In this document: piece after piece, positions 62,690 through 64,000 of the stretch | Position numbering within the stretch: position 1 is the stretch's first letter | Layout of the letters: each line of letters starts with the position of its first letter | Assembly: GCF_009914755.1 (NCBI RefSeq) | Contig: NC_060926.1 | Source: the human T2T-CHM13v2.0 reference genome, Homo sapiens | Length of the DNA stretch: 64,000 nt | Strand: one strand, 5' to 3' | Notes under the pieces: model-generated | The model's database searches: none | What the model saw: the letters and a program-made list of their open reading frames with translations, nothing else | Told to the model about the DNA's origin: nothing | Made by a program: the position numbers and the translations under genes

Positions 62690-64000
62690 TGTGCCACCCC
62701 AGCCTCCAGGGTGAACAGCAACAGCTCCCTGAAACTGGACGAGCTCCCCAGAGTTCAAGCTACAGAGGTTCCTGCCTCCCCAGGGCATGGAGTCCTCACT
62801 GCACTGCTCCCCACCTTGTGGGCCCCAGGCTGCGCTGGCATCTTGCCATTCCCGGGTCTTTGCTGCTGCTGCACTGGCCTCACAGGGCCTGGGCCACTGC
62901 CATGTCCTGCCATCCCTGAGTCACTAGTGTGTGGCACCTCATCTCCTGGGCTCTAGTTGCTGCTGTGCCCTGTTGGTTTTGGGTCCAGGATTGCAGCTGT
63001 GCCCTGTATCCCAAGAGCTGAGCTTCTGAAGAACCCCTTATCTCCCAGGGCCATGACAGTGCTATGTCCAGCCCCCCAGGGTCAGAACCAGAGCTAAAAC
63101 CTGGCCCCCCAGGTCTGAACTGCCAGAGTCTGCCTCAGAACAACAGACCCCAGCTTTGTGGACAATCTGAAGCCACCTGAGCCCCAGAGAGTGAATCTGC
63201 ACCTTGAGCACCGGATGCCACAAGGGCTTCACGTCACCCCAGGGCCCTGGTTCCACAGCTGCCCTGTGCACCTGTGCCCTGGATCTCAGTGCCACTGCAG
63301 CTGCTTGTGGGCCGTGTCAGACCCTGCGCTGAGAAAGATCCCCTCAGCTGAGACTCCCCTCTACAGAGAAGACAAAAGTAGTAGGATACATGAAGCCCTT
63401 GCCACCAAGGACCCTAGACTTATGCTGCCACCATCATTGTCCTGAATTCCTGCAGCCTACGCCACTTAGACACCCACAGTCATTCCTGACATTCATTACA
63501 ACTGAAGAACCTGCACAGAGACTATACCCCTGCACCCTGTCCAACCAGCACCCTCAGGCCCATCTGTATGTGAAAATCTTCCCCTACAAAAGGCACTACT
63601 TAAAAATTAGAAGAGATAAGAATCAGATAGCATAAAAAGGAACCAGACAGAAATCTCAAAGCTGAATAACTCAATGAAATCATAAAAAAATTCAGTAGAG
63701 GACTTCAATAGCAGACCTAGATTAAGCAGCAGAAAAAAAAAAATCTGTGAACTTGAAGAGAGGTCTTTTGGAATGACTCATTTGGGGAGGTGAATAGAAA
63801 ACGGAATAAAAATAGTGAAGAAAGCCTGTGGCACTCACAGGAAGCAATCAGATGAAGAAAGTTCTGTATTATGGGACTCAGAAGGAGCAAAAACAGAAAA
63901 AAAGGACAGAAAGGTTATTTAATAAAATAATTACTGAAAACTTGGAAGTTTTCAGTCTTGGGAGAGATATGGGCATTCAATTTCATGAAGCTCAAAGATC
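62690..64000 (+). mobile_element. Old L1M 5' region (5'UTR and ORF1 coiled-coil part), runs off the window end
   Basis: GC-rich degenerate 5'UTR, then gaggacttcaatagcagac...gtgaacttgaagagaggtcttttg and attactgaaaactt ORF1-like sequence. Confidence 0.7.

Overview
This is primate (hominoid-like) genomic DNA, not prokaryotic. The window lies inside SNTG2 (gamma-2 syntrophin) on the + strand. Three coding exons with canonical AG/GT boundaries are recognisable: 29447-29584, 43302-43358 and 43459-43516. By my recollection of the human gene these are exons 2-4, and they encode the start of the split PH domain and the PDZ domain. The rest is intron: interspersed repeats (Alu, L1, L2, MIR, ERV/MaLR solo LTRs, a near full-length Hsmar1, a Tigger1 split by a young L1) plus many minisatellites with 16, 32, 40, 47, 52 and 68 bp units, roughly 15% of the window. 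Almost all ORFs in the supplied track are repeat artefacts. I see no demonstrably new gene system. The best leads are: (i) a 32-bp CpG-rich, G-rich VNTR with 24 exact PRDM9-type hotspot motifs, open from an ATG to a GTGAGT donor in frame with exon 2; (ii) a 5.5-kb 47-bp array with nested higher-order duplications; (iii) a young L1 insertion with a perfect TSD; (iv) Alu orientations that switch across exons 2-4, a circRNA-favouring layout. Repeat subfamily names come from remembered consensus sequences and need RepeatMasker/Dfam confirmation.
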